64,000 nt of DNA from an uncultured Bacteroidales bacterium. Its GTDB lineage: Bacteria > Bacteroidota > Bacteroidia > Bacteroidales > UBA932. The stretch is taken from assembly GCA_944325965.1 (NCBI GenBank), contig CALVCB010000001.1, positions 3,732 to 67,731 on the forward strand. Reading direction: 5' to 3'. Under the pieces are notes generated by a model. That model saw only the letters and a program-made list of their open reading frames with translations. It was not told the origin of the DNA and searched no databases. A program made the position numbers and the translations under genes. This document shows, in pieces, positions 10,435 through 20,486 of this stretch; positions within the stretch are counted from its first letter, which is position 1; each line of letters begins with the position of its first letter.

Positions 10435-13400
10435 TCAGAAACTGTATTTTGCGGCCTTTGCACCTGGCATGACCTTCTGCGGAACTATGGTGAAGCCGAA
10501 ACCGTAGTCCCGGTCGCTCCACAATGTCCTGCACTCCTCCGGGCGTGCCCCCCAGCTGTCATAGCCGCCTATTCCGCTCTGTGTCATGTCTATGCACAGT
10601 TCCACCCAGTCACGAGGGACAATGTCGTCCACATGGTGCTGCCGGCGCAGGACATTCTTGGCTGCAGCAGGGTCCTTCGCCTCGGCAGGGTTGAAGTTGC
10701 TCCACTGGTAGTCGTGCTGCACTGCCTCCTCCGAGTCGAAATCCTCGATGCTGTTCCTCAGCGCATTGAACTCGAACAGGCTGTCCGCCACGAAAGTGAG
10801 CCCGCCTATGCCGAGCCATGAGCATCCTGTATGGTGCCCGCATTCCTGCGGCCTTACGTAAGGGACATACTCGGCCAGCGCCGATGAGCTGTAGAGCCCG
10901 GTCCTTGCCGCGGAATTGCGGTCAATGTAGTTCTCCCACGGGCCTTGCCCGAAGTACGAGAAGCTGTCAGCGGAGGCAGGGAGCCTCATCCTCAGCCCTA
11001 TGCGCGGTATGTCGACAGGCTTGCCTCCAGTCTCCACGCCTTTGAAATCCGCATTGACCTTCACTATGCCTTCCGGATATACGGTGTACACTACGCTGTA
11101 TGCGTGTCCTTCCGGCAGTGTGTATTTTACCGTGAGCACTGCATTGGCCCCGTCCTGTACCGCGGAGGCGTCCGCACTGAATCCCCGGCTGGCGGCCTTC
11201 CATATCTGGGCGCGGGCAGGCATCCCGTTCCCGTAGTCATTGTCATTGGGCGCACGCCAGAAATTAGGCTGCAGGTCGAACCCGTCCTTGAACATCTCCT
11301 TCCCGTCAACCTTGTATGAGCAGACTGTCCCGGAGCTCCTGTCGAAGACGAATTCCACGTCTGCGGAGCTGATGGTGATCCTGCCGTCCGCGTCGGATAT
11401 GCTGCACGGCTTCCCGGAGCCTGCCGCGTATGCTTTCTTCTCCGCCTTCTTTATAAGGAACTGCTCCGTGGCCACTGTCGAGCCGGCCGGCAGGAGGTCC
11501 CTTCCGTCAGTGTCTACCACGTCGAAGTTTATGTACCATGTCTTGTCAGGGGACATGCCCGGATACTGGACAGTGAATGAATCCCCGTGCTGCGGCCCTG
11601 CCGATGTGCGGAACGACCCTTTGCGCACTGTCTTTCCGTCCGCCGCGATGCTGTACCTTATCTCGTAGCCTGAAAGGTCAGTGAAATAGAATCTGTTGAA
11701 TACGTTGAAGATACCTTTCTCTATATTTTCCGGAGTGACGGCTATGTCCTGGTATACATGCTTTACTTCCTCGAGGGCAGGATGAGGGACCCTGTCCGGG
11801 CCGATGAGCCCGTTGCAGCAGAAATTGCCGTCGCTCGGCATGTCCTTGCCGTAGTCGCCGCCGTAGCTCCAGAACTTGCGGCCCTCGCTGTCAGTGTTTG
11901 CGATGCCCTGGTCCACCCAGTCCCAGATGAAGCCTCCCTGAAGGTTCGGATAGCGGTAGATATATTTCCACTGGAGGTCGAGCGACCCGGTGGAGTTGCC
12001 CATGCTGTGGGCGTATTCTGAAGGGCAGACCGGCTTGGCGCAGCCCTGCTCTCCCATCCTGTGGAACCACTCCGCGCCAGGGTACTGCGGCACGAACATG
12101 TCGGTGTTCCATTCCATTATGGCCCTTTCGTAGCATACCGGGCGGTCCATCCCGTTCTTCTCCATGTTCTTGAGTTCCTCATAGCAGCGGTAGAAGTTGT
12201 AGCCGTTGCCGCCTTCGTTGCCCAGCGAAAGTATGGTGACGCAAGGGTAGTTGCGTGTCCTCATATACATGTTCAGCACACGGTCCCTGTGTGCGGCGTA
12301 CCATGCCGGTGTGTTGCCCAGTGTCCTTTCCAGGTCATATCCCATGCCGTGTGACTCAAGGTTAGCCTCAGAATATACATAGAACCCGAGGCTGTCGCAG
12401 AGCTCGTAGAAGAAGCGCGGGAGAGGGTAGTGGCTTGTCCTGATGGCGTTGATGTTGTGCTGCCTCATGAGGGTGAGGTCCTTGAGCAGCAGTTCGCGTG
12501 TGATGAAATGCCCTGTGTACTGGTCGTGCTCGTGTATGTTGACACCCTTGAACTTTACAGGCTTCCCGTTGACAAGCAGCACTTTCCACTGCCTGCCGGG
12601 TACATCGTTGCCATCGGTCCAGTCCGTTATCTTGAATTTCCTGAATCCGACGTTGAACCTTGTGTATTCGCCGTTTACGCACATCAGGAGCCTGTACAGC
12701 TCCGGCGTCTCGGCAGACCATTTCCTCACGTCCGGAATCGTGTCCCCGAATTCCCTGTATTCTGATACCTGTCCGCTACCTTCAGATACGGCATTCCCTG
12801 CCGCGTCCTCGAGCCTGTAGGAGAAATCGACCGGCTTTTCCGCCCCTGTGCTCACCCGCAGTGCGAAAATCCCGTCCTCAAGGCTTTCATCCAGCGTGGA
12901 TACCACCTCAAAGCCGAAGTCCGTGCGGCTTTCTTCGGATGAGAGGTAGACGCTCCTTTCAATCCCGCTGATACGCCAGAAGTCCATGCATTCGAGGTAT
13001 GAGCCTGTACTCCATCTCAGGGCCTTGATTACGAGGGTGTTCTCCCCGCTGCGGACATACGGTGTTATGTCATAGCGGACAAGGTTCTTGGAGTCGTTGT
13101 TGAATCCCGCCTCCTTGCCGTTCACGTATACGTAGACCCCTGACTTGGCGCCGCCTATATTGAGGTATATCTCCCTGCCGTCCCATGATGCAGGCACTTC
13201 GAACGTCCTGAAATATACTCCGGCCGGGGTGACCTCTGGCAGAGAAGGTGGTGTCGGGTTCCATGTTGCGAATTCAAACTTCTGGTTCACGTATATTGCC
13301 GTCCCGAAGCCCTGCAACTCCCAGTTCCCCGGGACTTTGATGCTGTCCCAGCCTTCTGTCCCTGAAGCAGTTGTGGCAGCTATGTCCTGCGGAACCTGCT

Positions 13401-13635
13401 CCTGCGAGTCGAAGTACCTGAATTTCCATTGCCCGTCGAGGCTGCGGTAATTGGGGCTTTCCTCGAAGGCCGTCTCCCTTGCCGAGGCCTCGTCAGGGTA
13501 GAATACAAGTTCGGTCCTTTGGGAATTCCCGTTCACTGTCGTGACGTTCATGTCTTTCCAGTAGGGGGTCTGTGCCGTTGCCGGTATGAAGGACAATGCC
13601 AGCGCACAGGTCGGTATTATTCTGGAGTTTGCCAT
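10435..13635 (-). CDS. Beta-galactosidase (GH2, LacZ-like)
   Basis: NAIRTSHYP, SLGNE (acid/base), SEYAHSMGN (nucleophile), GGFIWDWVDQG and a C-terminal small-chain domain. Confidence 0.93.
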   Translation of the reverse strand: MANSRIIPTCALALSFIPATAQTPYWKDMNVTTVNGNSQRTELVFYPDEASARETAFEESPNYRSLDGQWKFRYFDSQEQVPQDIAATTASGTEGWDSIKVPGNWELQGFGTAIYVNQKFEFATWNPTPPSLPEVTPAGVYFRTFEVPASWDGREIYLNIGGAKSGVYVYVNGKEAGFNNDSKNLVRYDITPYVRSGENTLVIKALRWSTGSYLECMDFWRISGIERSVYLSSEESRTDFGFEVVSTLDESLEDGIFALRVSTGAEKPVDFSYRLEDAAGNAVSEGSGQVSEYREFGDTIPDVRKWSAETPELYRLLMCVNGEYTRFNVGFRKFKITDWTDGNDVPGRQWKVLLVNGKPVKFKGVNIHEHDQYTGHFITRELLLKDLTLMRQHNINAIRTSHYPLPRFFYELCDSLGFYVYSEANLESHGMGYDLERTLGNTPAWYAAHRDRVLNMYMRTRNYPCVTILSLGNEGGNGYNFYRCYEELKNMEKNGMDRPVCYERAIMEWNTDMFVPQYPGAEWFHRMGEQGCAKPVCPSEYAHSMGNSTGSLDLQWKYIYRYPNLQGGFIWDWVDQGIANTDSEGRKFWSYGGDYGKDMPSDGNFCCNGLIGPDRVPHPALEEVKHVYQDIAVTPENIEKGIFNVFNRFYFTDLSGYEIRYSIAADGKTVRKGSFRTSAGPQHGDSFTVQYPGMSPDKTWYINFDVVDTDGRDLLPAGSTVATEQFLIKKAEKKAYAAGSGKPCSISDADGRITISSADVEFVFDRSSGTVCSYKVDGKEMFKDGFDLQPNFWRAPNDNDYGNGMPARAQIWKAASRGFSADASAVQDGANAVLTVKYTLPEGHAYSVVYTVYPEGIVKVNADFKGVETGGKPVDIPRIGLRMRLPASADSFSYFGQGPWENYIDRNSAARTGLYSSSALAEYVPYVRPQECGHHTGCSWLGIGGLTFVADSLFEFNALRNSIEDFDSEEAVQHDYQWSNFNPAEAKDPAAAKNVLRRQHHVDDIVPRDWVELCIDMTQSGIGGYDSWGARPEECRTLWSDRDYGFGFTIVPQKVMPGAKAAKYSF

Positions 13636-13722
13636 TGTATTTATTATAAAGATATTGTCTTATATTGTGCAATGTATGAAATATATATTATTCTTGCCCT
13701 CAGGACAATGATTTTCCAGTAC

Positions 13723-15915
13723 TTACGGTCTGTCTCCGGCCCCGCTTCCGAACCCTGAGGGCTCAGGTCCCATGTCGAATTCGAGGGTGCCTCCGGCCAC
13801 AATGTCACTGTATGTTATCCAGGAACGGGTATGCGGCTTCCCGTTGAGGCGCACGGCTGTGACGTATATGTTCTCCCGTGAGTTGCCGGGGGCGCTGACT
13901 GTGAATTTCCTTCCGCCTCCTACATCCAGTACTGCCTCCTTCACCGAAGGGCTGCCTATCACGAATCTGCCGCCTGCCGGGTCCACCTGGTACAGGCCGA
14001 TGGAGGACATGATGTACCATGCGGACATCTGTCCGGCGTCCTCGTTGCCACAGACCCCGCTGTGGTCGTCGAAATAGAGGCTGTCAGTCACTGTCCTGAC
14101 TATTTCAGCGCAGCGGTCCTGCCGTCCTGCATAATTGAACATGTAGGCTATGTGATGGCTCGGCTCGTTGCCGTGTGCATACTGCCCTATGAGGCCGGTC
14201 ACGTCGTTGGCGTCTCCGCCGAGGTCTCCTTCGGCCCTGAACAGCCCCTCGAGCTTTTCAAGGAAAGGCTTCTCCCCTCCGAAAAGGCCTATGAGACCAT
14301 GTACGTCATGCGGGACGAGCCATGTGTACTGCCATGCGTTCCCTTCCGTGTAGTCGCTGCGCATGTGGGGCGCCTTGAAAGGGTCGAACGGGGTGCGGAA
14401 TGAACCATCGGAAGCGCGGCCGCGCATGAACTGTGTCTGAGGGTCAAAGTAATACGTGTATGACCTGCTCCGCTGCCCGAAATACTTTTCCGCTCCTGTG
14501 TCCCCGAGGCTTTCAGCCACTTTGGCTACCGCTGCGTCTGAAATGGCGAATTCGAGCCCTTTGGCCACCGTCTCCACTTCCGCGCTCTTGTCGAACGGTA
14601 TGTAACCGTATTTCTTAAGCAGCTCCATACCCCGTTCGTTCCTTATGGATGATCTTTTCATGGCTTCCAGCGCTTCTGTGCTGTCTCTTACGAAGCCTTT
14701 GAGGTACAGGTCGGCAAGAACGATCACCCCCGGGTTGCCCACCATGCAGTCAGTCTCGTTTCCAGCGAGATGCCATACAGGCAGCTTGCCCTGCTGCCGC
14801 CAGATGTTCATGAGGCTTCCGGCTACGCTGGAGGACATCTCCGGGTCGGTGAGTGTCATCAGGGGCGATGCCGCACGGTATGTGTCCCAGAGGGAGAATA
14901 CCGTGTATGTGTCGCTGCCGCTCCTGTGCACCTGCGCATCCGCACCGCGGTATTCCCCGTTCACGTCGCAGAACAGCGACGGGGCTATCATGGTGTGGTA
15001 AAGGGCTGTGTAGAAGATCTTGTCCTGCCTCTCGTCCAAAGGTGTGATCCCTATCCTGCTTAAGGCCTCCTCCCATTTGCCGTCGGCCTCCGTGCGTGCG
15101 GACTCGAAGTCCCAGCCGGGGGCTTCCGCCTGGAGGTTCATCTGTGCATTCTCTATGCTGACAGGTGATAGTGCCACCTTGATTTCCAGTGTCTTGTCTT
15201 TGGATGTGTCGAAAAGCAGGCTTTGCGACAGGGCAGCTCCGGTGGCCTCTGTCTTTTCCGGGGAGAGTATAGGCAGAGAGAATTCCGCTGTGAAATACCA
15301 TATATGGTCTTTTGCCCAGCCTGAAGAGCGCCTGTATCCTGCCACTGTGCGTTCCCCGGTCTTCTGCAGGCGGCATTCCGTCGCTTCGTCCCAGCCGACC
15401 CCCGTGGTCAGGTCCACGAGCACTGCCGTGGTGTCCGCGCTGACCCTGTAGCGGTGCAGCCCGACCCTTTCAGTGGCGGTGAGTTCGGCTGTAATGCCGT
15501 ATTCATCCATCCTGATGCTGTAATAGCCCGGCCTGGCAGTCTCTGCGCTATGGTCGAGGGCGGCGTATATGTGCCCTCCCTCATTTGCCGGTTTTGCAGG
15601 GTCGTAAGGCATGAGGAGAATGTCCCCGTAGTCCCCGATGCCGGTCCCGCTTAGCCTCGTGTGGCTGAACCCGATGATCCGTGTCCCTGAATAATGGTAT
15701 CCGGAGCACCAGTCCCAGCCTTTGTCCGGCTGCTGTGGCCCGAGCTGTACCATTCCGTGCGGGACAGATGCCCCGACGAATACATGTCCGTGCCCCCCGG
15801 ACCCTATGAACGGGTCCACTTTATCTGTAAGTTTCTCCGGCGCAATATCCGCCCCTCCGGCGCATCCGGTGAGGCAGGCTGCCGCTATGGCAATGTATAG
15901 TGCTGTATGTTTCAT
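13723..15915 (-). CDS. Alpha-mannosidase (GH92)
   Basis: VDPFIGSGGHGH, FSLWDTYRA, EGNAWQY, HGNEPSHH and GNEDAGQMSAW motifs, with a lipobox. Confidence 0.95.
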   Translation of the reverse strand: MKHTALYIAIAAACLTGCAGGADIAPEKLTDKVDPFIGSGGHGHVFVGASVPHGMVQLGPQQPDKGWDWCSGYHYSGTRIIGFSHTRLSGTGIGDYGDILLMPYDPAKPANEGGHIYAALDHSAETARPGYYSIRMDEYGITAELTATERVGLHRYRVSADTTAVLVDLTTGVGWDEATECRLQKTGERTVAGYRRSSGWAKDHIWYFTAEFSLPILSPEKTEATGAALSQSLLFDTSKDKTLEIKVALSPVSIENAQMNLQAEAPGWDFESARTEADGKWEEALSRIGITPLDERQDKIFYTALYHTMIAPSLFCDVNGEYRGADAQVHRSGSDTYTVFSLWDTYRAASPLMTLTDPEMSSSVAGSLMNIWRQQGKLPVWHLAGNETDCMVGNPGVIVLADLYLKGFVRDSTEALEAMKRSSIRNERGMELLKKYGYIPFDKSAEVETVAKGLEFAISDAAVAKVAESLGDTGAEKYFGQRSRSYTYYFDPQTQFMRGRASDGSFRTPFDPFKAPHMRSDYTEGNAWQYTWLVPHDVHGLIGLFGGEKPFLEKLEGLFRAEGDLGGDANDVTGLIGQYAHGNEPSHHIAYMFNYAGRQDRCAEIVRTVTDSLYFDDHSGVCGNEDAGQMSAWYIMSSIGLYQVDPAGGRFVIGSPSVKEAVLDVGGGRKFTVSAPGNSRENIYVTAVRLNGKPHTRSWITYSDIVAGGTLEFDMGPEPSGFGSGAGDRP

Positions 15916-15948
15916 TTATTCAATAGTTTATCTTCAATGACTGGAATA

Positions 15949-16150
15949 CGTCCTACTGACGGTTAAGGATTTCTGGAGGAAATATAGTCTGTCTACCACC
16001 AGTCACCTTACGGTGACAGCCCCGGTGGGGCATGCGGCTTTGCTTCGCTACGCCGGCACCTGCGCTGCTTCGGTTTCCTCCTGGAAACCTCGCTGACGCT
16101 CCGGTGCGGCCCTGACGGGCCCTGTCGCAGAACTTAACGTCAGTATGACG
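15949..16150. mobile_element. ~200-bp non-coding MITE/REP-like element with imperfect terminal inverted repeats and internal hairpins
   Basis: Left CGTCCTACTGACGGTTAAG (15949-15967) pairs with right CTTAACGTCAGTATGACG (16133-16150). Internal hairpins are GTCACC-ttac-GGTGAC, GGTTTCC-tcct-GGAAACC and GGCCC-tgac-GGGCC. Confidence 0.5.
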
Positions 16151-16157
16151 ACGGAGT

Positions 16158-18506
16158 TCATTCCACCGTTATTGTGTCTTCAAGCCTGATGTCCCCGGAA
16201 GAAGCCCCTATGGCAATCCTGAAGTCTCCAGGCTCCACCACCGGCTTCATGTCCGGTCCGTACATCATGAAATCTTCCTTGTCCAGGATGAATTCCACTT
16301 CCGCGCTTTTCCCTGCCGGTATGGACACCCGGTCGAAGGCCCTCAGCTGTTTCTGGGGACGGACCGTCGAGGCCACCATGTCTGTTATGTACAGCTGCGG
16401 GACTTCATCCCCGTCGGCATCGCCAGTATTCGTGACGGTGAACTTCACCTTGAATGTCATCCCGTCGCTTCCGGACGGGGAGATCTCCAGTGCTGAGTAT
16501 TCGAATGTTGTGTAGCTGAGGCCGTAGCCGAATTCGTACAGCGGCCCGGACGGCAGCTCGACATAGTCGTGGGCGGCGGGGAAATGCCTGTTGTAGTAGA
16601 CCGGAAGCTGCCCTGTGCTGTACGGGACGGAGATAGGGAGACGCCCCGCCGGGTTTACATCCCCGAACAGCACATCAGCCACTGCCGCCCCTCCTTCCTG
16701 CCCAGGATACCATGCGGTGAGAAGGGCGTCCGCATTCTCCTTTGCCCATCTCTTGTCGAGAGGCCTGCCTTCTATGTAAACGGCCACCACCGGTGTGCCT
16801 GTCTTCTTTATCTCCGAGAGCAGCCTTTCCTGCAGCCCGAGCAGTGAAAGCGTTGCCCGGTCGAAGCCTTCGCCCGACTCCATGTCGCTTACAGATTCGC
16901 TGTCGACCACTGCGGCCCCTGTGTCTATGTACCTGGTCTTGAAGTCCCTTGCGCTGGAGCCTCCGACCACCACTATGGCTACGTCAGCCTCCGCTGCCGC
17001 CTTTGCAGCTGTCTCGATCTCATTCCAGGATGTGTCACGTATGGCGCATCCCTTTACATAGACGGTGTTCTTTTTTCCGTTCCTTGCTGTGATCCCGTCC
17101 AGGACGGTGGTGATGTTCTCCCTCGGTTGCGGTGCGGTATAGTCCCCGAGCTGGTTGTACATGTTGTCTGCGTTCGGCCCGATGACAGCTATCTTTGTCC
17201 CTTTCTTGAGAGGCAGTATGCCGTTGTTCTCCAGCAGGACAATGCCTTCTGCCGCCGCTTCCCTCGCTGTGCGGATGTGCTCCGCTGTCCTGACTCCCTT
17301 CCTTGCCCCTGCCGGGTCGATATAAGGGTCATCGAACAGCCCGAGCTCGAATTTCAGCCTGAGCACCCTTCCCGCAGCCTCGTCGAGCAGCCCTGTGTCG
17401 AGCCTGCCGCTGCGGAAGCTTTCGGCTAGGAGTGAGTAGCAGTTTGCCCCGAGATCCACATCCACTCCGGCTTTCATCGCCAGTTCCCCGGCCTGCCTCT
17501 TGTCTGCGGCTATATGGTGGGCGGTGCAGAGCCCGTCGATGCTCTCCAGGTCCGATACCACGAATCCGCCGAAGTCCCATCTGTCATGGATGATTCCGCG
17601 CACCAGCGCCGCGTTTGCCGTGCTGGGTGTGCCGTCTATCGCATTGTAGGATGTCATTATCGAGAGCGCCCCTGCGTCCACCGCAGCCTTGAAAGCAGGC
17701 AGGAAGTTCTCGTACAGGTCCCTCTGTCCGATGAATGAAGGGTTGCCGTTGTGCCCTCCTTCCGGGATGCCGTATGCGATGAAGTGTTTGAGCGTGGAGA
17801 TTATCCCTTTGTCAGTGCCGTTGTGCTTTACTGATGTGCCGCGTATCATGGCGGATGCCATCTGTGAAGTCAGGAAGACGTCCTCTCCGTATGTCTCCTC
17901 AACCCTGGACCAGCGCGGTTCCCTTGCCAGGTCTATCACCGGCCCGTAGCCGATATGTCCTCCCTGTGAGCGGAGTTCTTCCGCAATCGCCCTTCCGGCT
18001 TCCTCTATTATGGCGGTATCCCATGTGGACGCGAGCCCGATACTGGTAGGGAAGACCGTCGTTCCTATGGCCATGTGGCCGTGCGGAGCCTCCTCCGCGA
18101 GTATGACAGGTATGCCGAGCCTGCTGTGGCTGATGGCGTATTCCTGCAGCTTGTTGTATGTCTGTGCGGCAAGCTCCGGGTTAAGCCCCGTTTCCAGGGT
18201 CTTCTGTGTCCACGGGTCCGCCCTGAAAGTGGCCCAGAGCATTCCCCCGTGCTGCAAAGTGATGAAATCCTGGAATCTCTGTGATACCGAGGTGCTGCCG
18301 TCAGCATGCTTTTCGTACATCGGCCAGCCGAGCGGGCAAAGGGTCTGCCCGATCTTTTCCTCTATGGTCATCCTTGAAAGCAGGTCTGCTGTCCTTTCCT
18401 GGGGTGACAGTGTCGGGTTTTTGTAATCGGGGATTGCCTGCGCACCGGCATCCGGCATTGCGGAGAGCATGAGCGCCGCAATGGAAAACAGGAATTTATG
18501 TGCCAT
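16158..18506 (-). CDS. GH3 glycoside hydrolase (beta-glucosidase-like) with FN3-like C-terminus
   Basis: RLGIP, REPRWSRVEETYGED, LKHF, GFVVSD (nucleophile), EGFDR and PLYEFGYGLSYTTF motifs. Start placed at MAHKFL, downstream of a -7 box at 18529-18536. Confidence 0.93.
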   Translation of the reverse strand: MAHKFLFSIAALMLSAMPDAGAQAIPDYKNPTLSPQERTADLLSRMTIEEKIGQTLCPLGWPMYEKHADGSTSVSQRFQDFITLQHGGMLWATFRADPWTQKTLETGLNPELAAQTYNKLQEYAISHSRLGIPVILAEEAPHGHMAIGTTVFPTSIGLASTWDTAIIEEAGRAIAEELRSQGGHIGYGPVIDLAREPRWSRVEETYGEDVFLTSQMASAMIRGTSVKHNGTDKGIISTLKHFIAYGIPEGGHNGNPSFIGQRDLYENFLPAFKAAVDAGALSIMTSYNAIDGTPSTANAALVRGIIHDRWDFGGFVVSDLESIDGLCTAHHIAADKRQAGELAMKAGVDVDLGANCYSLLAESFRSGRLDTGLLDEAAGRVLRLKFELGLFDDPYIDPAGARKGVRTAEHIRTAREAAAEGIVLLENNGILPLKKGTKIAVIGPNADNMYNQLGDYTAPQPRENITTVLDGITARNGKKNTVYVKGCAIRDTSWNEIETAAKAAAEADVAIVVVGGSSARDFKTRYIDTGAAVVDSESVSDMESGEGFDRATLSLLGLQERLLSEIKKTGTPVVAVYIEGRPLDKRWAKENADALLTAWYPGQEGGAAVADVLFGDVNPAGRLPISVPYSTGQLPVYYNRHFPAAHDYVELPSGPLYEFGYGLSYTTFEYSALEISPSGSDGMTFKVKFTVTNTGDADGDEVPQLYITDMVASTVRPQKQLRAFDRVSIPAGKSAEVEFILDKEDFMMYGPDMKPVVEPGDFRIAIGASSGDIRLEDTITVE

Positions 18507-18793
18507 AATCATGCGGTTAAACATCTGACAAATATATACATAAATCGCTGAATACCTCAATCCGTCCGGAGCTTTGCGCAGTTTTTACGCTATGTTCCGG
18601 CGGGCTGCTTTTCAATGATTGCTTCATGCTCTATGTAATATTGTTGAGGCTCAATGTATTGCACTTTAAATGGCAGGGACCTGGCATAAGTATTTGCACA
18701 GGAATTTTATGACAGGTTTTTACTCTAATTAGCACAAAGCCGCGAACTTGTCTTATGGGGTCTGTTTACATAACTCAGGACAGCGGCGTGCAT

Positions 18794-18831
18794 AAAAGAA
18801 AACGCTGTCCCGTTTTGAAAGGGGCAGCGTT
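18794..18831 (-). terminator. Intrinsic terminator of tRNA-Ser
   Basis: On the minus strand AACGCTGCCCC-9nt-GGGACAGCGTT (one mismatch) followed by TTCTTTT. Confidence 0.7.
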
Positions 18832-18849
18832 CATTGTCAGACGGTCTTG

Positions 18850-18937
18850 CGGAGAGATCGGGATTCGAACCCGAGATACGATTTTGTCGTATACACGCTT
18901 TCCAGGCGTGCCTCTTAAGCCACTCGAGCATCTCTCC
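18850..18937 (-). tRNA. tRNA-Ser (anticodon GGA)
   Basis: GGAGAGA...TCTCTCC-G acceptor stem, D-loop GAGTGGCTTAAG, anticodon arm CACGC-CTGGAAA-GCGTG, long variable arm and GGTTCGAATCC T-loop. CCA is not encoded. A -7 box TATATTTG lies at 18953-18960. Confidence 0.97.
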
Positions 18938-19023
18938 AAGGAAAAGCGGCTGCAAATATACGTATAATTTCCGTCATTGCAACCGTTTTTCTTCATTCAG
19001 GCCTTTTTTGCACGTTGGAGAGC

Positions 19024-19416
19024 CTATTTCCTGTGGAGTTCCATGATAAGGTTGCCGTTTTCATCGAAAACCTGAATATTGTCTCCGGCAACGTCTTTAA
19101 TCGAGGCTGTCTTGTTCATCGCATCGAGGACCTCCCTTTCCAGGTCCATGTCAGGCCCTGCCATCATGGTGGTAGCCATGTTCCCGAAAGAAAGTTTTTT
19201 CCCGTCCTGTGTATAACTGCCGTTCATGATGTTGCAGCTTGTATTCCCATGGACTTCACTTTTTTCAGTATTGAATTCAAGGAATGGCTTGGTTTCTGTG
19301 GCCTGGACCTCCTCGCCGTTGAGTTTTACGATTTCCCATTTCCCGCTGAGGTTGATTCCGGCTCCGCACGAAGCCAGCAGCACGACTGCTGCGGCTGCAG
19401 TAAGAATACTTTTCAT
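19024..19416 (-). CDS. META domain (HslJ-like) lipoprotein
   Basis: MKSILTAAAAVVLLASC lipobox, LSGKW, GNTSCN and ATTMMA motifs. Confidence 0.88.
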   Translation of the reverse strand: MKSILTAAAAVVLLASCGAGINLSGKWEIVKLNGEEVQATETKPFLEFNTEKSEVHGNTSCNIMNGSYTQDGKKLSFGNMATTMMAGPDMDLEREVLDAMNKTASIKDVAGDNIQVFDENGNLIMELHRK

Positions 19417-19601
19417 AATATGTCGATTTGTTTTATTGTTGTCCGGTATCCTGCGCCCGGACATGCACCCGGGCCGGGAATGCCCAGCAAAAAACAAGCC
19501 ATTTCCCGGGGATCGCATTCCGGAGAATCCGCATTTGTACGGAAAATTTCGCCATGTGTACAAAAATTCCTATATTGCCTTTTTGGGAAATACTGCAGAC
19601 A

Positions 19602-20237
19602 ATGAAAGATAAACTACAACTGGAAGTGCCTGGAGGGGAAACCAGGGTGCTTCTGCATACATGCTGCGCCCCGTGTTCTTCTGCGATTGTCGAATGCATG
19701 GTGAAAGGCGGTGTCACCCCTGTCATTTATTATTGCAACCCGAACATTTATCCGGAGAAAGAGTACCTTGTCAGGAAAGAGGAATGTACAAGGTACGCCA
19801 CCTCGCTCGGACTGGAAATTGTGGATGATGACTATGACCATTCTGCCTGGCTGGGAAGGGTGTGCGGGCTCGAAGACGAGCCCGAACGCGGGGCAAGGTG
19901 CATGCAGTGTTTCATGATGCGCCTGGAGAGGACGGCGGAATATGCCCACGAGCACGGTATAAAGGTGATTGCCACTACACTGGCTTCTTCGCGGTGGAAA
20001 AGTCTGGATCAGATCAACAGGGCAGGGCGGTATGCGGCTGCCCTTTACCCCGATGTGCTCTGGTGGGACCGCAACTGGAGAAAAGGTGGTCTGCAGGAAC
20101 GCAGGCTCCAGATAATCAAGGAGTACGGTTTCTACAACCAGCAGTACTGCGGGTGCGAATTCTCCATGCGCCGGGAAACCCCGGCACAAGAAAAGTGCGG
20201 TGCTGCGGGAATTGCTCCCCGGAGTACCGCACTGTAA
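19602..20237 (+). CDS. queH: Epoxyqueuosine reductase QueH (DUF208)
   Basis: LLHTCCAPCS, NPNIYP, EPERGARCMQCF and QQYCGCEFS motifs. Confidence 0.92.
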   Translation: MKDKLQLEVPGGETRVLLHTCCAPCSSAIVECMVKGGVTPVIYYCNPNIYPEKEYLVRKEECTRYATSLGLEIVDDDYDHSAWLGRVCGLEDEPERGARCMQCFMMRLERTAEYAHEHGIKVIATTLASSRWKSLDQINRAGRYAAALYPDVLWWDRNWRKGGLQERRLQIIKEYGFYNQQYCGCEFSMRRETPAQEKCGAAGIAPRSTAL

Positions 20238-20269
20238 GGCATTATTGAATTTACTTGCCTTCCGGCTTG

Positions 20270-20431
20270 TTATTCCTCGACTTTGAAATCTTCCTTGCCT
20301 ACTCCGCAAAGAGGGCATACCCAGTCTGCAGGAAGGTCTTCGAATGCTGTTCCCGGCTCGATTCCACTGTCCGGATCTCCTACTGCTGGATCATATACGT
20401 ATCCGCAGATAACACAAACATACTTTTTCAT
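20270..20431 (-). CDS. Rubredoxin (53 aa)
   Basis: Below the ORF-track size cutoff. Translates as [53 protein letters not shown], with two CxxCG motifs. Confidence 0.96.
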   Translation of the reverse strand: MKKYVCVICGYVYDPAVGDPDSGIEPGTAFEDLPADWVCPLCGVGKEDFKVEE

Positions 20432-20486
20432 AATGGTATTGATTATAATAGTAAAATGATTGATATTCAGTTATGGACTGCCTCTC

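Noticed and set aside
18730-18937. tRNA-Ser as integration site for the PUL
   Set aside because: No adjacent integrase, no duplicated tRNA 3' end seen in the window, and an intact terminator follows the tRNA.
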